From Candidatus Bathyarchaeota archaeon (GTDB lineage Archaea > Thermoproteota > Bathyarchaeia > TCS64): DNA of 64,000 bases. The DNA lies in the NCBI GenBank assembly GCA_963769425.1, contig CAVYLP010000004.1:361052-425051 (forward strand), read 5' to 3'. This document shows, piece after piece, positions 61,181-64,000 of this stretch (positions are counted from its first letter, which is position 1; the number at the start of each line of letters is the position of its first letter). The notes under the pieces were generated by a model. The model did not search any database. It saw only the letters and a program-made list of their open reading frames with translations, and had not been told where the DNA came from. A program made the position numbers and the translations under genes.

Positions 61181-61661
61181 GAATAGACATTTTCCAGCGA
61201 CAATATAAAATTTGCTTACTTCGGAAAAAAAAGAGCCCAAATTGGGCAAGTTTAAAGAAGTAAGTTTTGTTTTTTGTGCGGGTTAAGAGTAAAAGATGAG
61301 ACATCGATATTGGCGATTTAAAAATCGAAACGAAAACGTGCTATTCCTAAATTGAAGCCATGTTGAGCTTAAGTGCGGGTTCCTACGACTTAGATCAGGT
61401 ACAGAAATTGGACAAAGCACTCTTCAGCGCTGGCGCCGCAGTAGATGATTGCCACCGGAGTCAATTTCCTAGAAAGGGTTGTTGAATGTGACGCCTATAT
61501 AAGTAAGTATTTTTGGATTGAAACAATGATCTGCGGTGGGGGACAACTTTTATGGCTGGTGCCAGCGGATCTTAGAGCGTGAGCCCTCAGAATTAAGGGG
61601 CTACGCAATCCAATTAACTTGTAATAATCTTAAATAGGCTGTTGATAATTGATGCTTCTAA

Positions 61662-62003
61662 ATGTTCAAGTCCTCTTACTTAGACGATATTAAGAGGAGG
61701 GCCATTAGAAGTAGAGTTTGGTTTAAAACCCTCGATGGTTTAGAAAGAGGGATCATTAACCTTTCAGTAAAAGTCCTCGATAGTACTGTTACACTGTCTC
61801 GTCTAGATAATGTTCTATCAATAATCATTGCCAAAATCGAGGATGCGTTGAAGGGTGAATTTGAGAAGCGACTTGAGAGTTACGGGCTGAATCGTGCAGG
61901 TGAGATTGTCGATATAGCCATTCGTTTAGGACATGTTAGCGCCTTGGGATGGCTTAACGATGGCAACTTCGCGAGGTATGTCACTTTCATGAGTCTCAAT
62001 TAG
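61662..62003 (+). CDS. Hypothetical protein
   Basis: KRRAIRSRVWFKTL..LERGII.L...A..W. Confidence 0.65.
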   Translation: MFKSSYLDDIKRRAIRSRVWFKTLDGLERGIINLSVKVLDSTVTLSRLDNVLSIIIAKIEDALKGEFEKRLESYGLNRAGEIVDIAIRLGHVSALGWLNDGNFARYVTFMSLN

Positions 62004-62071
62004 CATCCGTGAGTCCTAATAGTAAAACAAAAAAAGTGCACACGCGTATAATAGGGAGACTTTACTTTAAT

Positions 62072-63037
62072 ATGGAACAACCTAATACTACAAAATTTAC
62101 ATCCTTGGATAGCATCGATGCTCTTAGTGGCCTAAATCTCGCCATTGTGATTCCGGCCCTCGAAGAGGCAAAGAGCATTGCGGCTGTTCTCAATGATGTG
62201 GCGGCGACATTTGCATACCATGAAAAAGTTAGTATCATAGTTGTGGATGGGCATTCTAAAGATGGTACAGACGAGATTGCGAGGAAGAATGGAGCAATAG
62301 TCATCTATCAACACAACAAGGGATATGGGGATGCACTGAAGGCTGGCTTCAGATATGTAAAGAAGAATCTAGATGTGGAAGTCATAGTGATGATTGACGC
62401 TGACTCAACATACGATGCTAAAGATGTCCCCAACCTCATTGAACCAATTCTTCAGGAAGAATCCGATCTAGTGTTAGGCAATAGATTTGTTGGTATGCAA
62501 AGAGGATCCATGTCTGCAATCAATATATTGGGGAATAAGTTACTTTCTTGGTTCGCTCGGAGAACATTAAACATTGATGTTCATGACACACAGAGCGGAT
62601 TAAGGGCATTTAGATCCACGCTTCTTGATAACATAGAACTCAATTCTGAAGGAATGCCACTTGCAATTGAGATGCTAGTGGAGGCTAGGTTCGTTGGAGC
62701 AAAGATAAGCGAGGTGCCAGTCAAATATAGAAAACGAGTGGGAAATACAAAACTCAATTCGCTAAGGGACGGCTTCGGGATCTTTGTAACCATAATCAGG
62801 CTAATGCGGGATACGCAGCCGTTAGCATTCTTTGGAGCAATTAGCCTCATCTTAGGATTGAGTGGTTTAGCACTCGGTCTAGATTTAACCAGAGATTGGA
62901 TATTAACTGGTACTATTACTAGGATTCCGACTGTAGTACTCTCTGTTTTACTCTTAATTGGAGCTATGCAGTTTTTTTCACTTGGTCTTGTAGCCGACAT
63001 GATCAAAAACCTCAGAAAAAAATGGATCAACAATTAG
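62072..63037 (+). CDS. Glycosyltransferase family 2 (dolichol-phosphate sugar synthase-like)
   Basis: VIPALEE, VDGHSKDGT, GYGDA, IDADSTY, DTQSGLRAF, two C-terminal TMs. Confidence 0.93.
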   Translation: MEQPNTTKFTSLDSIDALSGLNLAIVIPALEEAKSIAAVLNDVAATFAYHEKVSIIVVDGHSKDGTDEIARKNGAIVIYQHNKGYGDALKAGFRYVKKNLDVEVIVMIDADSTYDAKDVPNLIEPILQEESDLVLGNRFVGMQRGSMSAINILGNKLLSWFARRTLNIDVHDTQSGLRAFRSTLLDNIELNSEGMPLAIEMLVEARFVGAKISEVPVKYRKRVGNTKLNSLRDGFGIFVTIIRLMRDTQPLAFFGAISLILGLSGLALGLDLTRDWILTGTITRIPTVVLSVLLLIGAMQFFSLGLVADMIKNLRKKWINN

Positions 63038-63082
63038 TCACGCGAGCTCCCACATGAAAAAGTAACAAACCTTGTGCGCTAA

Positions 63083-64000
63083 ATGAAAATTTTGTTGACT
63101 TCAGATTATTTTCCTCCTCATTTCGGGGGTGTTGAAAATGTTGTATTTGAATTATCAAAAAAAATGGTGTCAAAAGGACACGAGATCCATGTATTGACCA
63201 GTAAACCTGAAGGGACACTTTCGGAGGAAATATTGGAAGGGATTTTTGTTCACCGAGTCAACTTCATTGATGTCAGTAAAACTTTTGGGCTTCAAATTTC
63301 GATAAGTTTAACCTTCGAGAAAAGGCTGAAACAACTAGTAAAAACAATCACACCTGACATAATTAACGCGCAAAATATCTTCTTTTTTTCCTCATTTATC
63401 ACAGCTATGAATAAAGAAAAGATGCAATATCCTCTGGTGACTACTCTTCACATTGGAACCACCGAAAAACTCGGGGGTTTCTCAGGTTTTTTCGCTAAAA
63501 TATTTGAAAAAACAATGGGAAAATACATCATTAATAATAGTGATATGTTGATCGCAGTCAGTCAGGAAGTAAAAAAACACGCCCTGTCTCTAGGTGCTAA
63601 TTATCAAGCATTAGAGGTAGTCCCTAACGCGGTTGATGCTCTAAGATTTAAACCAAGAGAGAAAAAACTTCGAGACGGAGTCAATGTAGTTTTTGTGGGT
63701 CGCCTTATCTCAAACAAGGGACCAGATCAGTTCATTGAAGCTGCACGCAGGACAGCCACGGCGCTGCCCAACATTTCATACACTCTCATTGGAGATGGTC
63801 CTATGCGCAAAAGTCTCGAAAAAAGGGTTTCCCAGCTTGGATTAGATGATAGAATCCACTTTATTGGTAGGGTGGCAGATATGAGTGAGGTCCTGCCAGA
63901 TTATGACATATTGATCCGACCGTCAATTACCGAAGGGATGTCTTTAACACTCCTTGAAGGAATGGCCAGTGGTCTCGCAGTCATTTCTTATGATGTGCCC
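63083..64000 (+). CDS. Glycosyltransferase family 4, runs off the window end
   Basis: MKILLTSDYFPPHFGGVE, IAVS, VPNAVD, FVGRL..NKG, PSITEGMSLTLLEGMASG. Confidence 0.92.
   Translation, partial: MKILLTSDYFPPHFGGVENVVFELSKKMVSKGHEIHVLTSKPEGTLSEEILEGIFVHRVNFIDVSKTFGLQISISLTFEKRLKQLVKTITPDIINAQNIFFFSSFITAMNKEKMQYPLVTTLHIGTTEKLGGFSGFFAKIFEKTMGKYIINNSDMLIAVSQEVKKHALSLGANYQALEVVPNAVDALRFKPREKKLRDGVNVVFVGRLISNKGPDQFIEAARRTATALPNISYTLIGDGPMRKSLEKRVSQLGLDDRIHFIGRVADMSEVLPDYDILIRPSITEGMSLTLLEGMASGLAVISYDVP

Overview
Archaeal DNA. A TBP, archaeal AsnA, archaeal VapBC pairs and the style of the hypothetical proteins suggest Bathyarchaeia; this is inferred by eye, with no database search. 1-4 kb: part of a gas-vesicle cluster (gvpO, gvpN, an Hsp20/GvpH-like gene and a GvpE-like PadR on the minus strand; gvpA and a GvpC-like repeat gene on the plus strand). 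4-7.4 kb: AT-rich, with duplications and decayed regulators. 10-23 kb: metabolic and transport genes plus a 614-bp non-coding element with terminal inverted repeats. 25-31 kb: a 1845-aa DUF4011-helicase-Vsr-DUF3320 (Hhe-type) defence protein, followed by a TBP whose only in-frame start appears to be ATA. 33-37 kb: toxin-antitoxin pairs around a ~660-bp array of about 24 short gapped palindromes. 38-44.7 kb: amidohydrolases flanking an uncharacterised DUF6754 membrane operon. 44.8-58.8 kb: a mosaic island around tRNA-Cys, bounded by a ~270-bp diverged direct repeat. It holds an AAA+/winged-helix gene whose 3' end recurs twice more, a second palindrome array, many TA remnants, and (CG)4 tracts at fragment junctions. 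59-64 kb: a lectin-like/solute-binding fusion and glycosyltransferases. Best candidates for undescribed systems: (i) the palindrome arrays, AAA+-wHTH gene and (CG)n-junction island, (ii) the DUF6754 operon, (iii) the gas-vesicle locus.
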